Below are positions 19,827-30,575 of a stretch of 64,000 nucleotides of DNA, in pieces. The notes under the pieces are model-generated. The model saw only the letters and a list, made by a program, of their open reading frames with translations, made no database searches and had not been told where the DNA came from. Source of the DNA: Candidatus Entotheonellaceae bacterium (GTDB lineage Bacteria > Tectomicrobia > Entotheonellia > Entotheonellales > Entotheonellaceae). The position numbers were made by a program, and so were the translations under genes. Within the stretch, counting starts at the first letter, position 1; each line of letters opens with the position of its first letter. The DNA lies in the NCBI GenBank assembly GCA_965238075.1, contig OZ250173.1, positions 2,176,001 to 2,240,000 on the forward strand, given 5' to 3'.

Positions 19827-20399
19827 TCAATCCAGCAGCGCCAGAACATCCTCAACGGTCTCGTCGGTCCGCAACGCCTCGGCCCAGGGCCGTCCCGGAT
19901 GCACGACGTCCCATCGGGGGCGCCGCATGGCGCGTCGGCCGCGACCGGGATCGTGGTTGCCGAAGCCGTCGATCACGGTATTCCACACCGGCCGGAAGTG
20001 TTCGAGCAGGAACCGCTCCGCCAGGTCGATCCATACCGGGACAACGACCAGATAGCGGCACCTGAACTCGCTCAGATGCAGATTGCGGGCCTGCTCGACG
20101 GACCTGCTGTGTTGCCGCAGGCGGCGGAACAATTCGCCGCTGCTGCCGTCCGCGCCGCTGCTTCTGCCGCCCTTTCGCCCCCCGGCCGGCGCCGCCTTGC
20201 CGACGTAGATGGGGGTATGGCACTCCTGAGAAGCGATCCCCTCGTAAAACGGCAGCCCGCCGGCATAGTACAGCGCGTAAACGCCGGAGCCGGAAAACTC
20301 GGTTGCCGGCGGCATGGCGACGGCTTCCGCTTCCAGCAGCGCCTTCACGACGCTGCGAGCCAGATTCTCGTAGTGCAGGGGATCGTACGCCTCCACCAT
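19827..20399 (-). CDS. Eco29kI-family (GIY-YIG) restriction endonuclease
   Basis: GVYALYY...PIYVGKA.P.G.RKG...RL.QH..S...E..L...F.PVWN..IDGFGNHDPG.GR...WD..HPGRPWA. Confidence 0.92.
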   Translation of the reverse strand: MVEAYDPLHYENLARSVVKALLEAEAVAMPPATEFSGSGVYALYYAGGLPFYEGIASQECHTPIYVGKAAPAGGRKGGRSSGADGSSGELFRRLRQHSRSVEQARNLHLSEFRCRYLVVVPVWIDLAERFLLEHFRPVWNTVIDGFGNHDPGRGRRAMRRPRWDVVHPGRPWAEALRTDETVEDVLALLD

Positions 20400-20446
20400 T
20401 CGCTTGGTCTTTCCTGCTGAAAATAGACCCGTCCAAAGCCTCCCGA

Positions 20447-20551
20447 GTCGTCATTCCGGGCTTGACCCGGAATCCAGCATCCCGGATTGAGTCTGGAGCA
20501 GGCTCTTTGCTCCCGGAGAAGCCCTGGATTCCGGCTTTCGCCGGAGTGACG
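20447..20551. repeat. GTCATTCCGG...CCGGAATCCAG / CTGGATTCCGGC...GCCGGA.TGAC palindromic element
   Basis: Two hairpins in inverted arrangement; related copy at 61226-61303. Confidence 0.85.
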
Positions 20552-20673
20552 GATCAGGACCCATTTTCACGACTCTTATACGGCCTGCAAGATCATCGGG
20601 GATTGCAATGAAGACGGCAGAGGTCCGCGCGACGGTTGAGGCTCACGCCGTTCCGCCGCATGGCGACGGTCCG

Positions 20674-21879
<1,206 letters not shown>

Positions 21880-21940
21880 GGATTCAATTCTCCTTAAGGG
21901 GGATGCTGGTAGACATTTTGCGGGGGTTTGCAAAGGGCGC

Positions 21941-21949
21941 ATTCTACCA
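21941..21949 (-). promoter_or_regulatory. Extended -10 (TGnTAGAAT) upstream of metK
   Basis: Minus strand TGGTAGAAT, flanked by gggcgc/gcgccc inverted repeat. Confidence 0.45.
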
Positions 21950-22002
21950 TAGCGCCCGTGGCGTCGCATCCTGATGCCTCACTGGAACACGGGCTCAGCT
22001 CT

Positions 22003-22040
22003 GTAGGTTGGGTTAGCCGGAGGGCGTAACCCGCATTCCG
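22003..22040 (+). repeat. GTAG-type REP
   Basis: gtaggttgggttagccggagggcgtaacccgcattccg. Confidence 0.75.
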
Positions 22041-22043
22041 ACA

Positions 22044-22643
22044 TCAGGCGTGTGTAACAGGCGTCAGCCACGGCATCAGCCGCTGCCACAGGCGCAGGCG
22101 GCCCTCGTGGTTGTGGGACGAAAACAGCAGGAGCGGCTCGTCGTCCGGCAGGGCGAGGCCGCGGCGGATTTCCCGCTCGTGGGCGGCGCGCTGGTTGCGT
22201 TTGACCTTGTCGGTCTTGGTGGCGACCGTCAGCACGGTGACCTGCTTGTTCAGCAGCCAGGCGCGCAATTGCCAATCCAGCTCGCTGGGCGTGTGGCGGA
22301 AATCGATGATGTGCACCACAGCGCGCAGCATGTCTTGGTGCTTCATGTACGCCTCTACCATCGGCCGCCAGCTCGCCTGCATCTCGCGCGGCACCCGGGC
22401 GTAGCCGTAGCCGGGAAAATCGACAAAGCTGAATCGTCCATTGACCACGAAGAAATTGAGGGTGCGCGTCTTGCCGGGCGTGCCGCTGGTTTTAACCAGG
22501 TTCTTGCGGTGCACCAGGGTGTTGATCAGCGAGGATTTGCCGACGTTCGAGCGTCCGGCGAACGCCACTTCGGGGAGCCGTTGGCGCGGATATTGCGTTG
22601 GGGACGCGGCGCTGGTAACGAATTCGGCGGAGATGATTTTCAT
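22044..22643 (-). CDS. engB: Ribosome biogenesis GTPase YihA/YsxC
   Basis: AEFVTSA, EVAFAGRSNVGKSSLIN, TPGKT, DFPGYGYA, TKTDK. Confidence 0.96.
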   Translation of the reverse strand: MKIISAEFVTSAASPTQYPRQRLPEVAFAGRSNVGKSSLINTLVHRKNLVKTSGTPGKTRTLNFFVVNGRFSFVDFPGYGYARVPREMQASWRPMVEAYMKHQDMLRAVVHIIDFRHTPSELDWQLRAWLLNKQVTVLTVATKTDKVKRNQRAAHEREIRRGLALPDDEPLLLFSSHNHEGRLRLWQRLMPWLTPVTHA

Positions 22644-22657
22644 AACGTGTATCCACA

Positions 22658-22693
22658 GTAGGTTGGATTAGCGCAGCGTCATCCGACATTTCG
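22658..22693 (+). repeat. GTAG-type REP
   Basis: gtaggttggattagcgcagcgtcatccgacatttcg. Confidence 0.8.
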
Positions 22694-25450
22694 CTATCTG
22701 ACCGCTCTCAAGTCTCTGCTGCGATGCCGGTGGTCCTCGGCGCGGCGGTGCACGATGGCTTCCAACTCGTCGTACGAATACCCCGGCGCGGCTGCCCGGG
22801 TTGCTTGGGCATTCTGCCAACGGGCTGTCCAGGCGGCCGGCAGGCTGATCTGGCGCACCGCGATTTCCGCCACGAAGACGCCCAGGGCCGCCAGCACGAA
22901 CCACGGCCAGAAGTCGTTCAGCGGGCGCCCCGGTCCCGATGGGAGATCGGCCGGCTGTGCGGTGCTGAACAGGATGCCGGCGGCATCCTCGGGCGCGTCG
23001 GCAGGAAGCACCTGACCGCCGGTGCGCTCCGCCAGGCGGGTCAGCAGGTGGCGGTTGACGGCCAGCCCCAGGTACTCCGCCGAATAGGGCAGGGCGATGC
23101 CGACGGTTTTCGGCCCGATGGTCGCCTCTCCCTGTTGGCCCACGAGGCTGAGAAGATACTCGCCGCGACCGCTGACGGCAAACCGCCCCTGGTAGCGGCC
23201 CGGCGCTGTCTGCGTCAGTTCCAGCGGCAGGGTGTCCTTTTCCGGCGTCAGCACGCGGCTGCCCTGCAGGTCGAGGCGGTTGACGAACCGATCCTCGGCG
23301 TCATACACGTCGGCCTGCACGATGGCTTGGCCCTCGCGCACGTCCACCCGCACGTCAACGCTCTCGGGCGTGTTCGTGCGCTGCACCCAGCGCACAAGCT
23401 GGGCGGCGAACGGACCGAACTGCGGCCAGTGCAGCCAGTCCTTGCCCCAGCGCGGCCCCAGATCGGCGGTGAATGCCGCGGTGTGCCCCAGGCCGTAGCG
23501 CTGCACCGCCAGCAGCGGATCGTCGTTTGGGGTGGTGAGCAGCACCTCGGCGGCCGGCTTGCCGTAGGTCACCACGTAGCCGTACAGCGGCGGCGCCTCG
23601 TCAATTCCCACGCCGCGCAACAACTCGTGATTGCGCTGCAAGAGCGGCTGGAACGCGCCCTCCTCGATCAGGCTGCGCGACACCAGAATGGTCTCGGCGG
23701 TGAAGATGCGCGGGATGTTGAGGGCGTCGTCGGTGTAATAGCTCCGCCCCTTGCCCCAGTGCGCGATGGCGTCCATGAGGGTGCGGTCGGCGTCCTGCCC
23801 CAGCGCCACCGTGGTGACGGTGATGTTGTCGGCCACGGCGTCGCGCATCAGCGACTCGAACTCCATGTTCGGCGTCAGGCCGTCGGACAGCGCGATCAGG
23901 TGCTTCTTCACCGCCGGCACGTCGCGCAGCGTGCCGAGCCCTTCCTGCAGGGCCTTGAACAGATCGGTGCCGCCGCCGTGGGTGAGGGCAGCCAGCCGAC
24001 CGGCGATCTGCTCGCGCTTGCCCGCCTCGCTCATCGGCACGCTCCAGTCCCACTCGGCGTTGAAGGCCAATACCCCCACCTGGTCGAAGGGATTGAGCAG
24101 CTTCATTGACGAAAAGGCGGCGATCTTGGCCACCTCCAGCTTGGTGGTGCGGTCGCCGAAGCCCGACGCCGGCGCGCCGCTGACGTTGCTGCCCATGCTG
24201 TCCGAGCGGTCGATGACCATGACCATCGCCAGGCTGGGGATCGACACCTTGGTGGGCACGTCCATGTCCACCGGCAGGATTTTCTCCAGCGGCGTGCGGT
24301 AGTAGCCGCCGGCGCCGAAGCTCTTCTCGCCGCCCAGCATCAGCACGCCGCCGCCCATGTCGCGCACGTAGCGCTCCAGCACCTCCATCTGCGACACCGA
24401 AATGCCGAAGCCGGGCACGTTGTCGAAGACAAGGGCAGCGTACTCCAGGTAATCGCTGAGCATGTGGGGGAGGTCCTGCCACGGACGGCTGCGCACGTCG
24501 AGCCCCTGCTGCTGCAACGCCTGCACGAGCGGCGCGTCTTGGTCCGGCGGGTCGTAGAGCCGCAGCACCTTGGGGCGGCCGCGCACCTCGGTGAAGGTCT
24601 GCCGGTGGTTGTTTTCCGGCATGGTGTCGTGCGGGCTGTTGACGACGATCTGGTAGAGCTGCATGCCCTCGTCCTTGGCCTGTTCCAGGAAGCGGTGGCG
24701 GTTCTTGCCGGGCCGCAGCACGACCTCCTGCCGCGCCACGAAGGACCCCTCGTGGAACAGTTCCAGCGACGCCGGGGTTTCGATGCTGCTGAAGACGACG
24801 GCCTCGACGTGATAGGGCGTGCCCATCCGTATCTGCTTGGGGGCGACCAGCTCTTCCACTCGCACCTCGGGCTCCTGCTGCCCGCGCCCCAACGGTACCG
24901 GAAAGACCGACACGCCGAGGGAGCGGGCGATCAACACGGCCTCGGCCGCCGAGGCGACGTTCTCGTTGCCGTCGCTGAGCAGCACCAGCCGCTTGGCGCC
25001 ATCGGTCGGGAAGCTGGCGGCGCTGACTTGCAACGCGCGGGCGATGTTGGTGGCGCTGCCGTCCACCTCGGAGGCGATCTCGGGCAGGCTGAAGCGCTTG
25101 GCGACATCGTGTTCAAGGAAGGCGTCGGTGCCAAACACGACGAGCCCGGCACCATCCTGCGGGCGCTTGTCGCCGCTGACGGCGCGGATGAAATCGAGCG
25201 CCTGCTGGCGTACGGCAGCGCTGAGGCTGTGCGACAGGTCGAGCGCAAAGACGACGTTGGCCTGCTCGTCGGGTTGCGTCAGGGCGAAGCGCGCCAAGCC
25301 GCCGACCAGCAGCAACAGCGCGAGCAGCCGCAGGCCGCTGAGCAGACGCCGCCGCATCGGCGCGAGTCGCCGGGGCGTGCGGCGCAACCACAGGAGCAGC
25401 AGCGGCGCCAGCAGTAACAGGGCGATGAACCAGGGATAGAGTACGCGCAT
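22694..25450 (-). CDS. Membrane protein with two VWA domains and a glutamine-amidotransferase-like domain
   Basis: MIDAS motifs DLSHS and DRSDSM, LLSDGNEN, LGGEKSFGAGGY, PYSAEY, N- and C-terminal TM segments. Confidence 0.88.
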   Translation of the reverse strand: MRVLYPWFIALLLLAPLLLLWLRRTPRRLAPMRRRLLSGLRLLALLLLVGGLARFALTQPDEQANVVFALDLSHSLSAAVRQQALDFIRAVSGDKRPQDGAGLVVFGTDAFLEHDVAKRFSLPEIASEVDGSATNIARALQVSAASFPTDGAKRLVLLSDGNENVASAAEAVLIARSLGVSVFPVPLGRGQQEPEVRVEELVAPKQIRMGTPYHVEAVVFSSIETPASLELFHEGSFVARQEVVLRPGKNRHRFLEQAKDEGMQLYQIVVNSPHDTMPENNHRQTFTEVRGRPKVLRLYDPPDQDAPLVQALQQQGLDVRSRPWQDLPHMLSDYLEYAALVFDNVPGFGISVSQMEVLERYVRDMGGGVLMLGGEKSFGAGGYYRTPLEKILPVDMDVPTKVSIPSLAMVMVIDRSDSMGSNVSGAPASGFGDRTTKLEVAKIAAFSSMKLLNPFDQVGVLAFNAEWDWSVPMSEAGKREQIAGRLAALTHGGGTDLFKALQEGLGTLRDVPAVKKHLIALSDGLTPNMEFESLMRDAVADNITVTTVALGQDADRTLMDAIAHWGKGRSYYTDDALNIPRIFTAETILVSRSLIEEGAFQPLLQRNHELLRGVGIDEAPPLYGYVVTYGKPAAEVLLTTPNDDPLLAVQRYGLGHTAAFTADLGPRWGKDWLHWPQFGPFAAQLVRWVQRTNTPESVDVRVDVREGQAIVQADVYDAEDRFVNRLDLQGSRVLTPEKDTLPLELTQTAPGRYQGRFAVSGRGEYLLSLVGQQGEATIGPKTVGIALPYSAEYLGLAVNRHLLTRLAERTGGQVLPADAPEDAAGILFSTAQPADLPSGPGRPLNDFWPWFVLAALGVFVAEIAVRQISLPAAWTARWQNAQATRAAAPGYSYDELEAIVHRRAEDHRHRSRDLRAVR

Positions 25451-25451
25451 G

Positions 25452-27311
25452 TCAGAAGTCCCGGCACCAGGTGAACCACTCGGCGCTCAGCACGGCCACC
25501 GCGCCCAGCGTCAGGGCGAGCCACAGCGGCGTTTCGGCGCTGCCGGCAGGGGCCGAGGCAGCGGCTTTGCCGGGTGTCAGCGGCGGCAGCTTGTTCGCGG
25601 GGTTGATGTCCGACTCGCCGTCGTCCAGCAGGTTGACCGTCAGATAGCGCTTGAACGTGTCCCCGGCGCGCAGGGTGTACACGCCGACGCGCCGGGTGTC
25701 GGAAAAAATCCACGGGTTGCCCTGTACCTCGTACTCTCGCTGCCGACCCTCCGGGTCCTGCACGGAGATGCGCGATAGGGGGGTATCCAGGTACAGCGGG
25801 TAGGGGGTTCCGGCCTGAATCTGGCCGCCGCCGTTGGATTCCGGGGGCGCCAGCCAGCGCAGCAGGTTACCGATGAATACCGGGAAGGCGACGCGCAGCG
25901 GCAGGTCCGACTGCATCAGGTCGAAGCCGAGGACCACCAGGCGCAGGTGTGGCTCCTCGATGACACCGAGCAGCGGCGTGTCCGGCGCGTCGACGAGGCT
26001 GTGGGCGCCGTCTTGCAGCGTCAGTTGCAGGGCCTCGGCGATGTGCACGTCAGCCAGATCGACGAAGCGCAGCAGTGGATGCTGACGCTCCCAGTCCACC
26101 ACGCGCGGCTGCGCCACCGTGCCGGTGTGCCGCACCCGGTCGTCCGGCGGCACGGCGTTGATCAGCAGGTAATTGCCGCGCAGCAGCGGCGGCGGCGTGA
26201 CGCCGTTAAAAATGATCAGGCGGTTCGACGCCAGCAGGCGCGGCAGGATGTCCGCCGATACCTGCGGCACGACGTTGACGAACACGCCGGGGATGGCGGT
26301 GAGCAGCGTTTCCAGGAAGTAGTTCGGCTCGCCGACGAGCAGAATCCAGGTCTGTGACGGCGCGGCGGCGACGCCGTAAGCGCGGTTGTCCAGCGCCAGG
26401 TCGTCGTCCAGCGCCAACTCGGCCTCGGCGACGCCTTGCAGGGGGCCGGCGACAGTGGACACGATGACTTCCTGCTGGCCGGGTTGCAGGTTCAGTTGGC
26501 GCTCCAACGGTTGTTGCGGCGGCATGCTGAGGCGTAGGGGCACCGCGACCGGTTGCGGCGAGAAGTTCTTCACGGTCAGCAGCACCTCGTAGAGTCCTTG
26601 AGCGTCCGGGACCTGCCGGAAGGCGAAGCGCGTGATGCCGACGTTGGTGTCGCCGCCGTCGACCTGGATGTGTCGCAACTGGTGGCCGAGTTGTTGGCGC
26701 AGTTGCGTCAGCTCGGCGATCCGCGGGTAGGCGCCGTCGCCGATGACGATGATCTCGTGCGAGCCGCTGCCCTGGGTGAGCGACAGTGCCAGAAACAGCG
26801 CTTCCCGCATGTTACCGGTGGTGTCGCTGGCCTGCAGGTCGCGGATGGTCTGCCGCAACAGGGCCTTCTCGCTGCTGAAAAACGCCGCCACACGCGGCTG
26901 TCGGCCGGCAGTGATGACGGCCATCTGGCGCCCGGCGGGCAATTCCTGCAACACCTGCAGGGCGTGTTCCCTGGCCTGCGCAAAGCGCGTTTCCTGCCCG
27001 GTACGGGTCTGCATGCTGGCGCTGACGTCGAGCACCAGCACGACATCGCGGCTCGGCACGGCCTGGCCGGTGAGCGCCGGTTCGGCGAGCGCCGCGGCCA
27101 GCAGGCAGACGAGCAGGATTTGCAACAGCAGCGGCAGGTTCTGCACCAGCCGCCGCAGGCCGAGGCTGCCCTGCGCCTCGCGCGCCACGCTCTCCCACAG
27201 GAACAGCGTGCTCACCCGCACGTCGCGCCGCCGGTAGCGCAGCGCGTGCAGCACGAGGAGCACGGGCACCAAGGCCAGCAGAGTAAATGCCGCCGGGTTG
27301 AGCCAGACCAT
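25452..27311 (-). CDS. BatA-N/VWA domain membrane protein
   Basis: N-terminal double TM with VSTLFLW, LDVSASM, SDLPLRVAFP, ESDI, C-terminal TM. Confidence 0.88.
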   Translation of the reverse strand: MVWLNPAAFTLLALVPVLLVLHALRYRRRDVRVSTLFLWESVAREAQGSLGLRRLVQNLPLLLQILLVCLLAAALAEPALTGQAVPSRDVVLVLDVSASMQTRTGQETRFAQAREHALQVLQELPAGRQMAVITAGRQPRVAAFFSSEKALLRQTIRDLQASDTTGNMREALFLALSLTQGSGSHEIIVIGDGAYPRIAELTQLRQQLGHQLRHIQVDGGDTNVGITRFAFRQVPDAQGLYEVLLTVKNFSPQPVAVPLRLSMPPQQPLERQLNLQPGQQEVIVSTVAGPLQGVAEAELALDDDLALDNRAYGVAAAPSQTWILLVGEPNYFLETLLTAIPGVFVNVVPQVSADILPRLLASNRLIIFNGVTPPPLLRGNYLLINAVPPDDRVRHTGTVAQPRVVDWERQHPLLRFVDLADVHIAEALQLTLQDGAHSLVDAPDTPLLGVIEEPHLRLVVLGFDLMQSDLPLRVAFPVFIGNLLRWLAPPESNGGGQIQAGTPYPLYLDTPLSRISVQDPEGRQREYEVQGNPWIFSDTRRVGVYTLRAGDTFKRYLTVNLLDDGESDINPANKLPPLTPGKAAASAPAGSAETPLWLALTLGAVAVLSAEWFTWCRDF

Positions 27312-27325
27312 GGGTGTTTCCTATC

Positions 27326-27363
27326 GTAGGTCGGATTAGCCGCAGGCGTCATCCGACATTCCG
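27326..27363 (+). repeat. GTAG-type REP
   Basis: gtaggtcggattagccgcaggcgtcatccgacattccg. Confidence 0.82.
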
Positions 27364-27367
27364 CTTC

Positions 27368-27715
27368 TCAGATATAGCGCACTTGATTTTGCATTTCCTC
27401 AGCGGTCACATGATTGAGGATCTGCAGGAGGCGCCGGGTAATCTCTTGAGGCGGACGACGCACGGCGATAATGATGCCGTGATGGGTTCGATCTGACGCG
27501 AAGTAGCCCTGAGCCAGCGTCTCGAAATCGGTGCGGTTATGGGTCAGAAGAGCATAATGACAGCTCGCGGCATAGGCCAACTGGTCGTCATCGCTGTTGT
27601 GGAGTTGTCCGGCTTCCCGGGTTGTGGTGGCCGTGAACCCGCGCGCTCGTATGAAGTCTGCGACCAAGACATCCACGTCTTCATCGAGATACAAGGCAAC
27701 AAAGAGATCGTTCAC
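27368..27715 (-). CDS. DUF5615 PIN-like toxin
   Basis: LYLDEDV...SDDDQLAYA...LLTHNRTDF...HHGII. Confidence 0.85.
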   Translation of the reverse strand: MNDLFVALYLDEDVDVLVADFIRARGFTATTTREAGQLHNSDDDQLAYAASCHYALLTHNRTDFETLAQGYFASDRTHHGIIIAVRRPPQEITRRLLQILNHVTAEEMQNQVRYI

Positions 27716-27993
27716 GGCTCGCGCACCAATGGATCAATCAGGGCGTCTGGAATCCGGTTGCGAGCAATATAGGCGTTGATCTCGGTCTGATGATCACTGT
27801 AATAACTCAGGGCATCAAATACTTGTGCCGAGGTGAGATGGGGCAAGCGGCTGGGGATTTCCTCCGCTAGGATCCCCAGCCGCCACACCTCTACGACCGC
27901 ACGTACTGGGGTACGTGTTCCCTTGATAATCGGCTCGCCACTCAGAATCCGATCATCGGTGACGATATGGCAGTGTTCTGTTGCTTGTACCAT
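27712..27993 (-). CDS. DUF433 antitoxin
   Basis: IVTDDRILSGEPIIKGTRTPV...PHLTSAQVFDALSYY.DHQ.EI. Confidence 0.9.
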   Translation of the reverse strand: MVQATEHCHIVTDDRILSGEPIIKGTRTPVRAVVEVWRLGILAEEIPSRLPHLTSAQVFDALSYYSDHQTEINAYIARNRIPDALIDPLVREP

Positions 27994-28017
27994 CCTGTCT
28001 GTTCTCCATAAGTGACG

Positions 28018-28968
28018 CTAACTGAGATACAACCCGCGCCGCAGGTACCGCAAAACGACATCCTCAAACGGAACGGTGGTGACGGCGCGCAGATACTCAA
28101 TGTTGCGCCGCTGGCAATACGTCTCGATGCCGTCGAAGTACGCCGCCACCTTTTCGCGGTAGCGGGCGAGCAGGCGCTGGTTGACCGTCAGGCGGCGTTG
28201 CTGGCCGGTCTCGACGTCATGCAGGCGCACGGCGCCGTTGAAGGCCGGATTGATCTCCGACTCGGCCACCACCTGGATCACCAGCGCGTCGAAGCCGGCG
28301 TAGGCCAGGGCGTCCAGGCCGCCGGCGTAGCCCTGCGGGTCGAACAGATCGCTGATGACGATGGCCAGGCCGCCTCTGGCTGGCAAGCTTTGAGTCTGCC
28401 GGGCGTAGGTGCGCAGCACGCGGTTCAGATTAGTGCCGCCTCCGCAACCGAGGGCCTCGAAATAGCGCAGCATGGTGACGATCTGCTGCCGCCCGCGCTG
28501 CGGCGGCCTGGGGCGGCCCAGTTCGTCGGCAAACGACACCACGCCAACGCGGTCCAGGCTGTTGAGGCCGATGTAGCCCAGCGCCGCGGCCACCCGGCGG
28601 GCGAAGTCGATCTTCGACGGCTGGCCCTCTTGCATCGAGCGGCTGGTATCGACCAGCAAATGGATGGTGAGGTCCTCCTCGGCGGCGAAGACCTTGAGGA
28701 AGAGGCGGTCCAGTCGGCTGTAGACGTTCCAATCGACATAGCGAAAGTCGTCGCCGGGCTGGTAGCGGCGGTGGTCGGCGAACTCCAGGCCCATGCCGCG
28801 GCGCAGGGTGGTGCGGTCGTTCTGGCTCTGCCCCCGAAACAGCTTGCGTGCCAGCAGGTGCAGGGTTTCGAGCTTGCGCATAAAGTCGGCGTCGAAGAGC
28901 GCCAGGGCAGACTCGGCCGGTGGGGTGAGGGGTGATGCGTCCATAAAGCGAGTGTTTCCAGAGTTCAC
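28018..28968 (-). CDS. DUF58 protein (MoxR partner)
   Basis: EFADHRRYQPGDDFRYVDWNVYSR, VDTSRSM, ISDLF. Confidence 0.93.
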   Translation of the reverse strand: MNSGNTRFMDASPLTPPAESALALFDADFMRKLETLHLLARKLFRGQSQNDRTTLRRGMGLEFADHRRYQPGDDFRYVDWNVYSRLDRLFLKVFAAEEDLTIHLLVDTSRSMQEGQPSKIDFARRVAAALGYIGLNSLDRVGVVSFADELGRPRPPQRGRQQIVTMLRYFEALGCGGGTNLNRVLRTYARQTQSLPARGGLAIVISDLFDPQGYAGGLDALAYAGFDALVIQVVAESEINPAFNGAVRLHDVETGQQRRLTVNQRLLARYREKVAAYFDGIETYCQRRNIEYLRAVTTVPFEDVVLRYLRRGLYLS

Positions 28969-28974
28969 GCAGCA

Positions 28975-29289
28975 TCAAGGTGCGTCGGGCGCCGTCGTGC
29001 CTCGGCGTTGCTGCTCCAGGATGGTCTCGATTCGGGTTGCTTGGTTGTCGAGGTCGCCGATGTCCTTACGCAGGGCGAGCAGTTCCTTGCCAACTCCTGC
29101 AAAGCCTGCGTCCATACGCCTGCTGAGCGCCCGTATGTCTTCTCGAAGCGGCGCAAACGTTCTGGAGATAGCCCACATTGTGGTGCCGAAGATCGCGACG
29201 ACGATGAGAAGGACAATGACCGCGAGGACAGCGAGTTCTTTGTAGCCGATCAGGACGCTGTCGGGCGCCGTCGTTTCCTGGATGGACAC
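28975..29289 (-). CDS. Small TM plus coiled-coil hypothetical protein
   Basis: GAGGAG RBS, one TM helix, heptad-like C-terminus. Confidence 0.6.
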   Translation of the reverse strand: MSIQETTAPDSVLIGYKELAVLAVIVLLIVVAIFGTTMWAISRTFAPLREDIRALSRRMDAGFAGVGKELLALRKDIGDLDNQATRIETILEQQRRGTTAPDAP

Positions 29290-29537
29290 GACGGACTCCT
29301 CAATTTACCGGACCTGCGGGGTTCACAAGCCTACCCTTACCCAGGCTCCGATTCCAGCCTTGTTTTTCGGGCCTGCGAAGTTGGGGGTCAACCGTTTTTG
29401 GAGCAGGCGAAAGTTTCCCAAATGGACTGTCCTCGGCGGCAATGAAGCCGTAGTCTGGCCGTTCACCCCTATGCCGTCCGGTCCGTGTAGTCGGACGCCT
29501 CTTGCCGTCAAGCTGACTTCCTCATCGGCGCGCAGGC

Positions 29538-29993
29538 TCATAATTGGCTCTCCTCTTTGAGGAGGTCATTCAAGACAACGACGGACAGGTTAGGGACGCG
29601 ACGAAAGTCGCCGTCGTTAGTGATAAAGAGGGTGCACTGGACGTGTAGGGCTGCCGCCGCGTGCAGCGCGTCAGGTGTCTTCAGACCCGTGATGGCGCGC
29701 GGGCGGGCAGCCTCTTCCCATAGCTGGCGGGTGGCCGGGACCAACATCACCTCATCGGCGTCGAACAGCTCACGAAAGAGCCTTTCGACAGCCGTGTCCG
29801 TATCGCGCAGAGGCTTGACGAGGGTTTCCAACACTACCAAGTCGCTACTCACGATGACAAACTGTCCGGCCTGAGCCTGCCGCCACAGGGGATCGAGCAA
29901 GGTACGGTAGGGTTCGATGCGCTCCACGCTGTAGATGAATCCACTGGCATCGAGATAGATCGGTCCGTTAGGCGGAAGGATCAGCGATTCCAT
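29538..29993 (-). CDS. VapC/PIN-domain toxin
   Basis: IYLDASGFIY...LETLVKP...LKTPDALHAAAAL...FITNDGDF. Confidence 0.9.
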   Translation of the reverse strand: MESLILPPNGPIYLDASGFIYSVERIEPYRTLLDPLWRQAQAGQFVIVSSDLVVLETLVKPLRDTDTAVERLFRELFDADEVMLVPATRQLWEEAARPRAITGLKTPDALHAAAALHVQCTLFITNDGDFRRVPNLSVVVLNDLLKEESQL

Positions 29994-30214
29994 GACTCTC
30001 GTTCATCCTTCAGGTAGGACTCGACCTCTTCTGCGGTCTTGAAGACACGCTGCCCCGGCGCCTCGGCCAGAATGTCAACGGCAGACCGACGCGGTGATTC
30101 GGGGGAGTGACGCACGACCACGTCAACGGACTCCCCAACCGGGAGCTCCTGGTCCACGATTTCGATTCTGCCCCCGGGAAGTACAGTCGTCTTCAGATGC
30201 AACACTTTCTGCAT
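29981..30214 (-). CDS. Putative cognate antitoxin
   Basis: 77 aa, overlaps the PIN start; TVLPGGRIEI...FKTAEEVESYLKDERESW. Confidence 0.75.
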   Translation of the reverse strand: MQKVLHLKTTVLPGGRIEIVDQELPVGESVDVVVRHSPESPRRSAVDILAEAPGQRVFKTAEEVESYLKDERESWNR

Positions 30215-30368
30215 GGCTAGCGCTTCCTTCTTCAGCCGCTACGCGATGTCGGCTGGATGGTCGCCACTTCGTCGGAGCCGGGTGAACTCGGAGCTGGCCG
30301 CTTGAACCAAGGTGGGCGGCATGACGGCTATGCTCTCTATCTGCCGATACAGTTGCCTCAAGGCAAGT

Positions 30369-30575
30369 TCACCCCTCTCGCCGCATCCGGTAGTTGATGA
30401 AGAAGTCTAGCTCCTCCACCGTGAAGCCGTAGCGATGGGTAGAGTACTATCGATTTCATCAATGATCGGGTTAGTCTTTTGTATCTTACAATTCCGCTTC
30501 CCACAAACGAGCCACCAGTTCCCGCAAATCCACATCGCTTAGCCGGAGTAGTTGATCCTTGGGGGTATCAAACAT
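30369..30575 (-). pseudogene. Two fused gene shards: N-terminus of a large defence-type protein and C-terminus of a type IIG-like methyltransferase
   Basis: MFDTPKDQLLRLSDVDLRELVARLWEAEL* followed by PIIDEIDS.../RYGFTVEELDFFINYRM. Confidence 0.45.

Noticed and set aside
21880-22000. SAM riboswitch upstream of metK
   Set aside because: No SAM-I or SAM-II consensus elements recognisable; the leader is short.
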